From an uncultured Verrucomicrobiae bacterium (GTDB taxonomy: Bacteria > Verrucomicrobiota > Verrucomicrobiia > Chthoniobacterales > UBA10450), in NCBI GenBank assembly GCA_963772365.1, contig CAVYXA010000001.1, positions 1,664,001 to 1,728,000 of the forward strand: a stretch of DNA of 64,000 nt. Direction: 5' to 3'. Positions within the stretch are counted from its first letter, which is position 1. Each line of letters starts with the position of its first letter. Positions 42,754 through 52,401 of this stretch are shown here, in pieces. The notes under the pieces were generated by a model. The model ran no database searches. It had not been told where the DNA came from and saw only the letters and a program-made list of their open reading frames with translations. The translations under genes were made by a program, and so were the position numbers.

Positions 42754-43515
42754 GTGCAACGTCTCCGGCCTGCGTTGTTTCTGCTGGGGTTGTTGCTTGC
42801 CGGGTGTGGCGCATCCCGCGGAGTTCTTGAACAGACTATCGAGGAGACGCTCCAAATTTATCCGACGGCCTCGGTTACCATCGACAACGGCGATGGCTCG
42901 ATCCGAATCTACGGCGCGCCTGCCTCCGAGATGCGAGTGAAGGCAATCAAGCGGGCTTATACCGCCGATCGATTAAAGAAAATCGACGTGAAAATTTCCG
43001 CGCAGCTCAATTCTGTGTCGATTCAAACCAGCTTTCCACCGAAGCCAAAGTGGGGCATCACCGATCGCTCCGGCACTGTCGATTATGTGATCGTGGTGCC
43101 AGACACGGTCAGCCTCGCGCGAGTAAAGTTGGATACCGGTGAGATTCTCCTGAAAGAAATGCGCGGGCAGGAAACACACGCGCAACTAGGCACCGGCCGA
43201 TTGTTTGTCCATGATTGCTTTAGTAATTTGCACCTCGGCGTGAATACGGGTCCGCTCAATCTGATTTATGATTGGTGGGAGCCACAGAAATTTTCTGTCC
43301 AGGCAAACGTAAACAACGGTAGCGCCGTCGCTTGGGTTCCTGGTCAGGCTTCTTTTCATTTGGCAGCCAAAGCTCCCGTCATTTGGAACGACTTTTCTCC
43401 GCAGCGCAAGGTCGACTCAGGTAAGATCGACAGTTTCATCGGCCCAAACCCAACCGCCAGCTTCACCATTGACGTTGAAGACGGAAGCATCAGAATCTTC
43501 AAAGCGTTTCCGTAG
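42754..43515 (+). CDS. DUF4097-like beta-repeat lipoprotein
   Basis: Lipobox LAGC; N.DGSI.I and VDY.I.VP repeats. Confidence 0.65.
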   Translation: MQRLRPALFLLGLLLAGCGASRGVLEQTIEETLQIYPTASVTIDNGDGSIRIYGAPASEMRVKAIKRAYTADRLKKIDVKISAQLNSVSIQTSFPPKPKWGITDRSGTVDYVIVVPDTVSLARVKLDTGEILLKEMRGQETHAQLGTGRLFVHDCFSNLHLGVNTGPLNLIYDWWEPQKFSVQANVNNGSAVAWVPGQASFHLAAKAPVIWNDFSPQRKVDSGKIDSFIGPNPTASFTIDVEDGSIRIFKAFP

Positions 43516-43525
43516 AGTTAAAAGC

Positions 43526-43648
43526 TGTCATTCTGAGCGAAGCGAAGAATCTCCAATCATTTGCAGCTTGAGTTGCGACCTACATAATTTGAGATGTTTC
43601 ACTTCGCTCAATTCGCCACAGGACGAATCCGCCGTGGCGGACATGACA
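43526..43648. repeat. REP-like doublet (GTCAT family) carrying a nested 30-bp palindromic insert at 43612-43641
   Basis: Removing TTCGCCACAGGACGAATCCGCCGTGGCGGA restores the arm consensus CGCTCAACATGACA. Confidence 0.85.
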
Positions 43649-43661
43649 GCATAAACCCGCC

Positions 43662-44147
43662 ATGCCTTCATTCGATATTGTTTCCGAAGTGGACAGCCAG
43701 GAAGTCGATAACGCCCTGAATCAGGCGCGAAAAGAACTGGCTACGCGCTTCGATTTCAAAGGCGCGCAAACGGAGATCGTTCAGGAGAAAGACAAAATCG
43801 TGTTGACTGCCGATGACGCCGGTCATTTGAAAGGTCTGCGCGAAATCGTGATCGGGAAATTGTCGAAGCGCGGTGTCGATCTTCGCAACATCGAACAAGT
43901 CGAACCATCGATCTCATCGATGGGACACGCCCGTCAGGAATTGAAAATTCGGCAGGGGCTCGAAGGCGACAAGGCCAAGGAGATCATCCAGGCGATCAAG
44001 GCGCAGGGATTCAAGGTCCAGAGTCAACTGCAGGATCGACAAATTCGCGTCACTGGAAAAAAGAAAGACGACCTGCAAGAAGTGATTCAGTTCGTCCGCG
44101 GCCGCGATTTCAGCGTGGCTGCAAACTTCAAGAATTTTCGCGACTAA
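43662..44147 (+). CDS. yajQ: YajQ family nucleotide / c-di-GMP-binding protein
   Basis: MPSFDIVS, RFDFK, RVTGKKKDDLQ and NFRD motifs. Confidence 0.95.
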   Translation: MPSFDIVSEVDSQEVDNALNQARKELATRFDFKGAQTEIVQEKDKIVLTADDAGHLKGLREIVIGKLSKRGVDLRNIEQVEPSISSMGHARQELKIRQGLEGDKAKEIIQAIKAQGFKVQSQLQDRQIRVTGKKKDDLQEVIQFVRGRDFSVAANFKNFRD

Positions 44148-44178
44148 TTTCGAAACTCAAAAGCGGGACTTCTAATCT

Positions 44179-44302
44179 TGTCATGTCCGCCACGGCGGAT
44201 TCGTCCTGTGGCGAATTGAGGGAAGGGAAACATCTCTAGCTATTGGTCTTGGCGATTGTGGGAAGAGATGATTGGAGATCCTTCGCTGCGCTCAGGATGA
44301 CA
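44179..44302. repeat. REP-like doublet with the identical 30-bp insert (44186-44215), inverted relative to 43526
   Basis: Insert is the exact reverse complement of 43612-43641. Confidence 0.85.
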
Positions 44303-44311
44303 AGGCTTTTC

Positions 44312-44557
44312 TTACCCGCCTTGGACCGGCGGCATGATCGCGATCTCTTCGCCATCGTGCATCTGATAATTGCGATCGACGAATTCCACACCGGCTCCGA
44401 TCAAGATCGTCTTCTCGTGCGCGCGAAGTGCAGGCGTTTGCGAGTAAATCTTCTCGATCAAATCGCGCACTGTCGATCCTAGCGGAAGATCGACATCCTT
44501 TTCCGGAACGCCAACCAGATCGCGCAGTTGAGCATAAAATTGCACTCGCACTCTCAT
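44312..44557 (-). CDS. moaD: MoaD/ThiS sulfur carrier protein
   Basis: V.FYAQLRD motif and C-terminal PPVQGG. Confidence 0.85.
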   Translation of the reverse strand: MRVRVQFYAQLRDLVGVPEKDVDLPLGSTVRDLIEKIYSQTPALRAHEKTILIGAGVEFVDRNYQMHDGEEIAIMPPVQGG

Positions 44558-44571
44558 CTTTTGCGCGAGGC

Positions 44572-44662
44572 GCTTTCGGAGTGCGGGGCGTCTTCGCACC
44601 GCTTTTCTCCTTGTGCCCGGTTCGATCCAAAGCGACACGAAGGCGTGTCGCACTCCCAAAGC
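44572..44662. repeat. REP doublet, GGAGTGCG...CGCACTCC family
   Basis: Inverted ends; second copy at 52240-52341. Confidence 0.8.
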
Positions 44663-44699
44663 TTCGCAAAACTGAATATCACGCTTTTCCGATTCGCGT

Positions 44700-45281
44700 T
44701 CATTCGGGTGATTCGCGGGTGATCAAATCTTTCCGCAGCACACCGATGTACGGAAGATTGCGGTAACGCTCCATGTAATCGAGCCCGTATCCAACCACAA
44801 ATTCGTCCTCGATCTCAAAACCGAGGTAATCCGCATCCACTTTGCGGGCGCGCGGTTTCTTCTTGCTGAGTAAGACGCAAACTCGAATGCTGCGCGGTTT
44901 TGCGGTCTCGAGTTTCTCGCAAATGGCGGCGAGGGTATGACCGCTGTCCAGGATGTCGTCGAGGATCAGAATATGTCGATCTTTTACGTCCGGCAGCGCG
45001 ACTTGTCCGCCACCGGAGGGATTCGCCGTGGCGAATTTGAAAATCACTTCACCGCTCGTCTGCGCTTTGCCGTGGTAACTGGCCACGCTGAGGAAATCCA
45101 ACTTCAACGGGAGAGGAATGCGCCGGAGCAAATCGGCCATAAACATCAAGCTGCCGCTCAGGACTGCGATCACGGTTAGTTCGCGACCGCTATAATCCTT
45201 TGAGATTTGAGCGGCCATCTCGTCGATCCGGCTCAGGATTTTCTTCTCATGAAATAAGATGCGCTCCAGATCGTCCTGCAT
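44700..45281 (-). CDS. hpt: Hypoxanthine phosphoribosyltransferase (with 10-aa insert)
   Basis: FMADLLR, SY, LDDILDSGHTL and FVVGYGLDY..YRNLP motifs. Confidence 0.95.
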   Translation of the reverse strand: MQDDLERILFHEKKILSRIDEMAAQISKDYSGRELTVIAVLSGSLMFMADLLRRIPLPLKLDFLSVASYHGKAQTSGEVIFKFATANPSGGGQVALPDVKDRHILILDDILDSGHTLAAICEKLETAKPRSIRVCVLLSKKKPRARKVDADYLGFEIEDEFVVGYGLDYMERYRNLPYIGVLRKDLITRESPE

Positions 45282-45292
45282 TTGTAATTGAC

Positions 45293-45316
45293 GGGAAGCT
45301 GTCAGCTTCCCCTACA
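45293..45316 (-). repeat. Single REP TGTAGGGGAAGCTGACAGCTTCCC
   Basis: Identical 24-bp copy inside the CDS at 52615-52638. Confidence 0.8.
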
Positions 45317-45387
45317 GCCGTACTACAAAAGATCAAACATCAACCCTTCCGATTCGCGGTGAGACGCGAATGCGTTATGTTTTCGCA

Positions 45388-46179
45388 ATGTCGGATAAGC
45401 CTTCCAAGCTCAAAATTGCCGGCCGCGAGTTCGCTTCCCGTTTGCTCGTCGGCACCGGCAAATTTTCGTCGAATGAATTGATGCGTGACGCACTGGTCGC
45501 GAGCGGAAGTGAGCTGGTCACCGTTGCGTTGCGACGAGCCGATTTGTCCGGCAAAGCCGATCCGTATGCGAACATTCTCGATTTTGTCGATCCGAAACGC
45601 TTCCTGCTTTTGCCGAACACGAGCGGTGCGCGGAATGCATCCGAAGCAGCGCGATTAGCGCGGCTGGCCGTGAGCGCTGGGCTTCCTAACTGGATCAAAC
45701 TCGAGATTCATCCCGATCCTCGCTATCTGCTTCCAGACCCGGTGGAAACGTTGGCCGCAGCCGAAGTTTTGGTGAAGGAGGGCTTCACCGTCCTGCCTTA
45801 TATCAATGCCGATCCGGTATTGGCGAAACGCTTGCAAGATGTCGGCGTCGCTACCGTGATGCCGCTTGGTTCCCCGATTGGAAGCAACCGCGGAATCGAG
45901 ACGCGACCGCAGATTGAGATCATCATCGAACAAGCCACCGTGCCCGTTGTTGTTGATGCTGGATTGGGCGCGCCCAGTCACGCTGCGGAAGCGATGGAGA
46001 TGGGCGCCGACGCCGTCCTGGTCAACACCGCGATCGCCATTGCCTCCGATCCGGTGCGAATGGCGCAGGCATTTCGAAAAGCCATCGAAGCCGGGCGCGA
46101 CGCATTTGAAATTGGTTTGGCCGAGAAACTGGCAAACGCTTCCGCGACCAGTCCGCTCACCGGTTTCTTTGCGCAATAA
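45388..46179 (+). CDS. thiG: Thiazole synthase
   Basis: [29 protein letters not shown] and SPLTG motifs. Confidence 0.97.
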   Translation: MSDKPSKLKIAGREFASRLLVGTGKFSSNELMRDALVASGSELVTVALRRADLSGKADPYANILDFVDPKRFLLLPNTSGARNASEAARLARLAVSAGLPNWIKLEIHPDPRYLLPDPVETLAAAEVLVKEGFTVLPYINADPVLAKRLQDVGVATVMPLGSPIGSNRGIETRPQIEIIIEQATVPVVVDAGLGAPSHAAEAMEMGADAVLVNTAIAIASDPVRMAQAFRKAIEAGRDAFEIGLAEKLANASATSPLTGFFAQ

Positions 46180-46180
46180 T

Positions 46181-46247
46181 TGTAGCGGCGGTCTGTGACC
46201 GTCGCCATCTTCGAAGAAAGTTTCGATGCTCACAGAGCGCCGCTACA
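46181..46247. repeat. REP doublet, TGTAGCGGCG family
   Basis: TGTAGCGGCG...CGCCGCTACA. Confidence 0.85.
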
Positions 46248-46464
46248 GATCGGTGCGGACGCTCGCGTCGTTGTAGAATTCGATCTGATGTCCGCCGACC
46301 CGCCGCACGATTCGCCAGCCATGATCGGCTGCGAAACCATCCAGTTGCTGATCTGTCAGCGAATGCAGAACCCGCAACTCAGCTGGATGGGTGATGAATA
46401 TTTCCGGTTTCACCGCGAGCGTCGCCTGAATTTTCGATGTGAGGGCGCTCAAGTCTCGCTCCAT
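46243..46464 (-). CDS. Small hypothetical protein
   Basis: 73-aa ORF with plausible composition; its stop codon lies within the REP. Confidence 0.55.
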   Translation of the reverse strand: MERDLSALTSKIQATLAVKPEIFITHPAELRVLHSLTDQQLDGFAADHGWRIVRRVGGHQIEFYNDASVRTDL

Positions 46465-46470
46465 ATTAAT

Positions 46471-46623
46471 TCACCGGTGTGACTCAGGAACTCGTTTGCG
46501 GGCCGGCTTTCGAATCGGCTGCGGTAAAGACGGCGGCAGTTTCTCTTTGCGATTCAACTTTTCTCCCAAAGCCCGATGCGATTTCCGGCTTGGCGATGGC
46601 CCGCGAATATTTGGTTTTTCCAT
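46471..46623 (-). CDS. Candidate 50-aa basic protein MEKPNIRGPSPSRKSHRALGEK...
   Basis: RBS AGAGG upstream; ends 6 bp before the next ORF on the same strand. Confidence 0.45.
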   Translation of the reverse strand: MEKPNIRGPSPSRKSHRALGEKLNRKEKLPPSLPQPIRKPARKRVPESHR

Positions 46624-46763
46624 TTCAATCTACCTCTTCCGCTTCCTCTAATATTACTCTGACTTTATCACGAGAATCCAAAACAATGCTGAGTAACAGT
46701 TAAAGCGGGAGACGAAAAGTCGGCCCGACTGGCGCGCGCAATTGGATCGGCTACAGTGGGCGG

Positions 46764-47975
46764 ATGTTTTCGGAAACGGTTGAGCTACGCGGTCATATTA
46801 TCGACTCGCTGATTCTGCCGAAGGTGCTGGATCAGATCCTGACCCGCGGCGGAAATTTTAAGATCAGCGAAATCAAAATTGGCGAGAAGCGCGCCGACCA
46901 AAGTTTTGCCCGAATCGAGGTTTCAGCCGATACCCGAGAGGCCCTCGACGAATTGATCCTGCGTCTGCGTCAGCATGGGGCGGAGGCTAAAAAACGAACG
47001 AACGTGCAACTGGCCAAAGCGCCAGCCGATGGAGTCTTTCCGCGAGAATTTTACGTAACCACAAATCAGCAGACGTTCATTCGTTTGGACGGTAAGGAGG
47101 TCGAGGTGCGTCCCGCCATGATGGACAGCGCGATTGCCGTCGATCGAAAAGCGGGAACAGCCCGGGCTGTGAAGTTTTTCGATGTCAGAAAAGGCGACGA
47201 GATTGTGATTGGCCACAAAGGTGTTCGAGTCGTGCCGGTGCAACGGGCGACGTCGCGCACGGACGTTTTTCAATTCATCAATGCCAGCATTGCCGCTGAC
47301 GAGCCCAAGTCGGCGATCATCCGTGAGTTAGCTCGCGAACTACAGGAAGCCCGTGCGGCCGGAGCAAAAATTGCCATCGTTGGCGGCACGTCGATCGTGC
47401 GGACCGGTGCGGGCGAGCACCTCGAGCGCTTGATCGACTTGGGTTATGTCGATCGGCTTTTCGCCGGGAACGCATTTGCGGTTTACGACATCGAGCGCGC
47501 CATCTTCGGTACTTCGCTAGGGATCAGCTCGGAACGCGCGTTTGTCGCCGGCGGCCATGAAAATCACATTCGGGCCATCAATATTCTCCGCGAATCGGGC
47601 GGCATTGTCCCGGCCGTCGAGAAGAAAGTTATCACTCGCGGCGTCATGCGGAGTTGTGTGCGGCGCAAGGTGGACATTGTCCTGACTGGCTCGATTCGTG
47701 ACGAAGGCCCGATTCCGGGGGTTGTCACGGACGTGATCGAAGCGCAGAAAATCATGCGAGATAAGCTGGCCGATGTGACCCACGTATTTTTCCTCGGAAC
47801 GCTCCAACTATCGCTCGCCATCGCTGCAATGCTTCCGCCCTCGGTAAAAACGGTGTGTGTCGATATCGATTCAGCCGCGGTGGAAAAAGCCGTCGAACAT
47901 CAGCCGTTGCAATCGTTGGGGCTCGTCACCGATGTCGAGCCATTCCTGCGCGAACTGGCGGATTGTCTGAGATAA
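46764..47975 (+). CDS. TIGR00300 / LOR-SDH family protein (homolog of the ArgZ/AgrE C-terminal ornithine cyclodeaminase), divergent
   Basis: GHIIDS, AP.DGV.P..FY.TTN, GTSLG and GSIRDEGP motifs. Confidence 0.85.
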   Translation: MFSETVELRGHIIDSLILPKVLDQILTRGGNFKISEIKIGEKRADQSFARIEVSADTREALDELILRLRQHGAEAKKRTNVQLAKAPADGVFPREFYVTTNQQTFIRLDGKEVEVRPAMMDSAIAVDRKAGTARAVKFFDVRKGDEIVIGHKGVRVVPVQRATSRTDVFQFINASIAADEPKSAIIRELARELQEARAAGAKIAIVGGTSIVRTGAGEHLERLIDLGYVDRLFAGNAFAVYDIERAIFGTSLGISSERAFVAGGHENHIRAINILRESGGIVPAVEKKVITRGVMRSCVRRKVDIVLTGSIRDEGPIPGVVTDVIEAQKIMRDKLADVTHVFFLGTLQLSLAIAAMLPPSVKTVCVDIDSAAVEKAVEHQPLQSLGLVTDVEPFLRELADCLR

Positions 47976-47981
47976 AGCCTT

Positions 47982-48063
47982 GTCATGTCGAGCGAAGTCG
48001 AGACATCCCGTGAAGTTGGCTGGGAGTTTCGCCACGGGATTCCTCGACTTCGCTCGGAATGAC
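47982..48063. repeat. REP-like inverted doublet (GTCAT family variant)
   Basis: GTCATGTCGAGCGAAGTCGAG ... CTCGACTTCGCTCGGAATGAC. Confidence 0.8.
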
Positions 48064-48084
48064 GTTTAGGAGACGAGAGATCTT

Positions 48085-48888
48085 ATGCGCGAGTTGCTGC
48101 TTTGTTCGCCGGAGCATTATGGGATCGAATATGAGATCAATCCCTGGATGAGCCGCGACCGTGGCGCGGAAGTGCCGGTCGCCCAAAAGCAGTGGAAAGA
48201 ATTGTACAGCACGCTTTCCCAACTCGACTGCAAAATTCAACTGATCGATCCGCAGCCAAAACTGCCGGACATGGTTTTTACCGCGAACGCCGGTCTGACG
48301 GTTGGCAAAAAATTTATCCCTAGTAATTTCCGGCATCAAGAACGCGCCGGAGAAGCGCCGCATTTCGCGAAATGGATGGAGCAACACGGCTACGAAGTGC
48401 AATGGCTTCCGAGCAATCTCTATTTCGAAGGCGAAGGGGATGCGCTCTTTGGGAGCGATGTTCTATTTTGCGGCTATAAATTCCGGTCTGATATCCAATC
48501 GCATCGGGCCGTGGCAGACATGCTGGGTTGTCTCGTCATTTCAGTCGAGCTTGTCGATCCTCGCTTTTATCATCTCGACACCTGCTTTTGTCCCTTGCCC
48601 GATGGCGGTGCGGTTTGGTTTCCGCCGGCATTCGATGAATACGGCCAGCGCGCGATTGGAGAGCATGTCCGCGAGCTGATCAATGTCGAAGAGGAAGAAG
48701 CCGCGCATTTTTGTTGCAATGCGGTCGTGCTCGGTCGTGACATCGTTTTGCCTCAAGGAGCGCCCAAACTTGCGTCAGTTCTGCGCGATCGCGGCTACCA
48801 CTGCCACGAACTGGCCATGACCGAATTCATCAAAGCAGGTGGCGCCTGCAAATGCCTGGTCATGTTCATGCCGCAACGGGAGATGTAG
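48085..48888 (+). CDS. Amidinotransferase superfamily protein (arginine dihydrolase / DDAH-like)
   Basis: YEINPWM, PDMVFTANAG, FEGEGD, FYHLDTC and KAGGACKC motifs. Confidence 0.88.
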   Translation: MRELLLCSPEHYGIEYEINPWMSRDRGAEVPVAQKQWKELYSTLSQLDCKIQLIDPQPKLPDMVFTANAGLTVGKKFIPSNFRHQERAGEAPHFAKWMEQHGYEVQWLPSNLYFEGEGDALFGSDVLFCGYKFRSDIQSHRAVADMLGCLVISVELVDPRFYHLDTCFCPLPDGGAVWFPPAFDEYGQRAIGEHVRELINVEEEEAAHFCCNAVVLGRDIVLPQGAPKLASVLRDRGYHCHELAMTEFIKAGGACKCLVMFMPQREM

Positions 48889-48938
48889 CGGCGGTCTATG
48901 ACCGTCGCAAGCTTTCGCGACAAACCGCGACGGTCGCA
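48884..48938 (+). repeat. REP, TGTAGCGGCG family, right arm truncated
   Basis: TGTAGCGGCGGTCTATGACCGTCGC...GCGACGGTCGCA. Confidence 0.7.
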
Positions 48939-48940
48939 AC

Positions 48941-50273
48941 CTAAGCCTGAAAACTTTCCCGTCGTCCTAGCTTCATCGGCATTCCAAATCGGGAACGCAG
49001 AGTCAATTGCGGCTCCAGTATGATCCGGGCTCGGGAAGCAAGTTGCATCTGCCAGTGTCTCGTTAGAGTAGCGATCACCAGCACGCCCTGCGTCCAGGCG
49101 AATCCTTCGCCGATGCATTGCAGGCCGCCGGCGCCGAAGGGAAAATAGGAAAATTTCGGACGCGCCGCGACTGCTTCAGGCCGCCAACGTTCCGGATCGA
49201 AGCGATTTGGATCGGGAAAATAACGGGGATCGCGATGCATTAGAAATTGGCTCACATGAACTGTACGAACCCTTGGGTATGAGCAGCCCATTTACCTTTG
49301 TCTCGCGGATGGCGTGCCGGCCAATGATCCAGACCGGCGGATACAACCGCATCGATTCGGCAAAGACCATTTTCGCGTACGGTAATCGCTCTACGTCGGC
49401 GATCTCGGGCAATCTTTCGCCTAACACGTTGTCGATCTCAGCGTAGAGCTTCTTCGTCACGTCGGGGTTCTTCGCGAGCAAATACCACGTCCACGTCAGC
49501 GCAGTCGCGACCGTTTCGTGTCCGGCCACGAAAAACGTCAGTATCTGATCCCGAATTTTCCTGTCGTTCATCATCCGTGGTTTTTCTTCGCTCAAACGAA
49601 CCAGGACGGAGAGCAGATCCGGCCGATCGGTCGGATGCGCGCGACGTTCAGCAATCATTTCGTAGATGAATTCGTCCAACCGTTTGGCCGCGCGACGGAA
49701 TCGTCTGTTGGCCGGCAACGGCAATTTTTCCAGGGTCTTACTCACGAGAAGCAAGTTATTGAAACGAGTGGCGCTCATGACGGTGACCAGAGCCTCGCCG
49801 ACTTCCGCCGCCTCGGATTCGACATCGACGTCGAATAGTGTTTTGCCGGTGATCGCCATGCTGAGGTGGTGCATTTCCGCCTGCATATCGATGGTTTGGC
49901 CGTCGCGCCATTGGTCGCTCCAACGCGCGGTTTGTTGCACCATCACTTCGCCCAACGCCGCGATGCGATGCTTTTGAAAGATCGGTTGAAGCAACGCGCG
50001 TTGCTTCCGGTGTGGCGCTCCTCGACTTGTTAGAAGACCGCGGCCAAGAATCCGCTGGACCGGCCGATGAACCGAACGCCGCATTCCTTCCTGATCCAAT
50101 AGAATCGCGCGGATGTAATCGGGATGATTGAGCAGGAAATCATGCCGCCGGCCGATCTCCACCTGCATAATGTCTCCATACTTGCGCGCAGCGCGTGAAA
50201 GATAACGCAACGGATCCCGATAAAGAGCGGCATAAGCCAGCAGTGGAATTTTTGGTCCGGGCGCTTTTTTCAT
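48941..50273 (-). CDS. Cytochrome P450, frameshifted near 49265
   Basis: AGHET and ESMR in one frame; FDPERW and FPFGAGGLQCIG (heme Cys) in the next. Confidence 0.9.
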
Positions 50274-50343
50274 CGACAGATCAGATTCTCGAATTCGTTT
50301 CGATCGTGCCGGCCTGCGTTCGAGTTTGTCAAGGAGAGCGGAT

Positions 50344-52161
50344 TCATCGGGATCCTTTCCGAGCGAGCTCAGTTTCGATTTTTCCGAGCGGAAGACAATT
50401 CACGACGTCTGCTTTTGTTAGCCAGCCTTTGCGTGCGATGCCGATGCCGAACCATAAATCCTGCAATCGTTCGGTACAATGCGCGTCCGGGTTGATGACG
50501 CATCTTACTCCTTTTTGTTTCGCCAATGGCCACCACCGCCAATCCAGGTCGAGCCGTTTGGGTGCGGCGTTGAGTTCGATCCAAGTGCCGGTGCGCGCGG
50601 CAGCATCGAGAATCGCCGGGAGGTCGATCTGATAGGCGTCGCGTTTCAACAGCAATCGTCCGGTCGGATGGGCCAGCATGGTCACGAACCGATTCTCCAT
50701 TGCTCGGATCACACGCTTGGTCATATCCGCCTCGCTCAAACTGAAAACCGAATGCACCGAGGCGACGACAAAATCGAGTTGCGACAAAATCTCGTCAGGG
50801 AAATCCAGTCTGCCATCGCGGAGAATGTCGCATTCGACTCCGGCGAACAAACGAAAGCCATGGAATTTCTTGTTCAATCTGCGAATCGCCGTGGCTTGCT
50901 CGAGCAACTTTTTCTCGTCGATCCCATGTCCTTGCACCGAGCTTTTGCTGTGATCGGCAATGCCGAGATATTCCAGCCCCAGCTCCTGAGCCGCGGCTGC
51001 CATTTCTTCGAGCGAATTGTGACCGTCACTCGCGTGCGTATGGCAATGAAACGTGCCGCGAAGATTTTCTTTCTCGATCAGTTTTGGAAGAGTGTGATTT
51101 TCCGCGGCCTCGAATTCGCCGCAGTTCTCCCGCAATTCCGGCGGGATGTAATCAAGATCGACAGCGCGATAAAGATCGGCTTCGTCGTGGATCGTCGGGA
51201 TTTTCTTCGGGCGAATTTTCTTCGCGCGCGACGGCCGGGTGGTAGGGGCGGTTGATCTCAACCGCTCGAGCGATTCGGGTGAATCGCCCCTACCTTCCGC
51301 CGGCAATGGCGCGAGACGGTATTCGTTGAGGGTCCAGCCGCGCTTTAAGGCTCGATTGCGCATCTCGATGTTGTGCTCCTTGTTTCCCGTGAAATAGGCG
51401 AGCGCAAATGCGTATTCGGCTGAGTTCACTACGCGCAAATCGGTCTGCACACCCGAGCGAAGACGCACACTCGATTTGGTCGGACCGTGCGCAATGATCG
51501 ATTCCACCAGCGGATGCTCGACAAAGAACTTCGTGATTGCCTCCGGTTTTTTTGTCGCAACCAGAAGATCGACATCATGCACGATCTCTTTTCGGCGGCG
51601 ATAACTTCCTGCGACGTCGACCTGTAGCGTATCGGGATGGGCTGCCAAATCCGCACGCAAGCTTTCCGTTTCGGCTGCGACCTGGCCAAATTGAAACGAG
51701 CCGGCGTGCGACGCGCGACGAGCGATTGCTTCACAAAGTTTTTGCTGCGTCATTTCGCCAAAGCCCGGTAATTCGGCCACACGTCCGGATTCGCAGGCCT
51801 TGAGCAGATCGTCGATGGAGCTGACCTTGAGCTTCTCAAACAGCGCCTTGATCTTTTTCGGGCCGAGATTCGGCAACGAAAACAATTCAACAATCCCCGG
51901 CGGAAATTCCGCGCGCAGTTCTTCCAGAAACTTCAATGATCCGGTTTTCGCTAATTCAATGATCTTCTCCGCGATGCTTTTGCCGATGCCGGGAATTTTC
52001 TCCAATGATTCTTCATCCTGGAGATTGGAAATGTTCCCGCCGAAGGTCTCAAGAGCGCGCGCCGCGTTCGTATAAGCGCGGATCTTGAACGGATTCTCAT
52101 CCTTCAATTCCAGCAGCGTCGCGATCTGCTCGAGCGCCCCGGCGATTTGCTCTTTGGTCAT
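50344..52161 (-). CDS. polX: DNA polymerase X / PHP 3'-5' exonuclease
   Basis: ENPFKIRAY, GSYRR, DVD + D triad, FTG.KEHN, HCHT..SDG and PDAH motifs. Confidence 0.95.
   Translation of the reverse strand: MTKEQIAGALEQIATLLELKDENPFKIRAYTNAARALETFGGNISNLQDEESLEKIPGIGKSIAEKIIELAKTGSLKFLEELRAEFPPGIVELFSLPNLGPKKIKALFEKLKVSSIDDLLKACESGRVAELPGFGEMTQQKLCEAIARRASHAGSFQFGQVAAETESLRADLAAHPDTLQVDVAGSYRRRKEIVHDVDLLVATKKPEAITKFFVEHPLVESIIAHGPTKSSVRLRSGVQTDLRVVNSAEYAFALAYFTGNKEHNIEMRNRALKRGWTLNEYRLAPLPAEGRGDSPESLERLRSTAPTTRPSRAKKIRPKKIPTIHDEADLYRAVDLDYIPPELRENCGEFEAAENHTLPKLIEKENLRGTFHCHTHASDGHNSLEEMAAAAQELGLEYLGIADHSKSSVQGHGIDEKKLLEQATAIRRLNKKFHGFRLFAGVECDILRDGRLDFPDEILSQLDFVVASVHSVFSLSEADMTKRVIRAMENRFVTMLAHPTGRLLLKRDAYQIDLPAILDAAARTGTWIELNAAPKRLDLDWRWWPLAKQKGVRCVINPDAHCTERLQDLWFGIGIARKGWLTKADVVNCLPLGKIETELARKGSR
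51241..51294. repeat. GTAG-type REP doublet in frame inside polX
   Basis: GGTAGGGGCG...CGCCCCTACC, 54 bp. Confidence 0.8.
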
Positions 52162-52239
52162 TGCTACTTTCAGTTTAGTGAAAAATTTGCTGATTCAAAA
52201 ACCTCAAGGAATGGCGACAGCACTTTTCGATTTCGCGAA

Positions 52240-52341
52240 GCTTTCGGAGTGCGAGGCGTCCTCGCGTCGCTTTTCCCCGCAAATGCGCAAACGGGCCGCC
52301 GTCCCAAAAGCGATGCGGGGACGCATGCGCACTCCGAAAGC
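52240..52341. repeat. REP doublet, GGAGTGCG family
   Basis: GCTTTCGGAGTGCG...CGCACTCCGAAAGC. Confidence 0.85.
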
Positions 52342-52401
52342 GCTGCCGCGCAAAAAGTATATGGGTGCACCTCGTGCTGCCGACTATAATGATTATTAAC
52401 A

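Noticed and set aside
45317..45387. TPP riboswitch before thiG
   Set aside because: Too short; only a GGTGAGA fragment is present and the other conserved TPP elements are missing
46728..46748. Sigma-54 promoter before the TIGR00300 gene
   Set aside because: TGGCGCG is present, but the -12 TTGC element does not match in sequence or spacing
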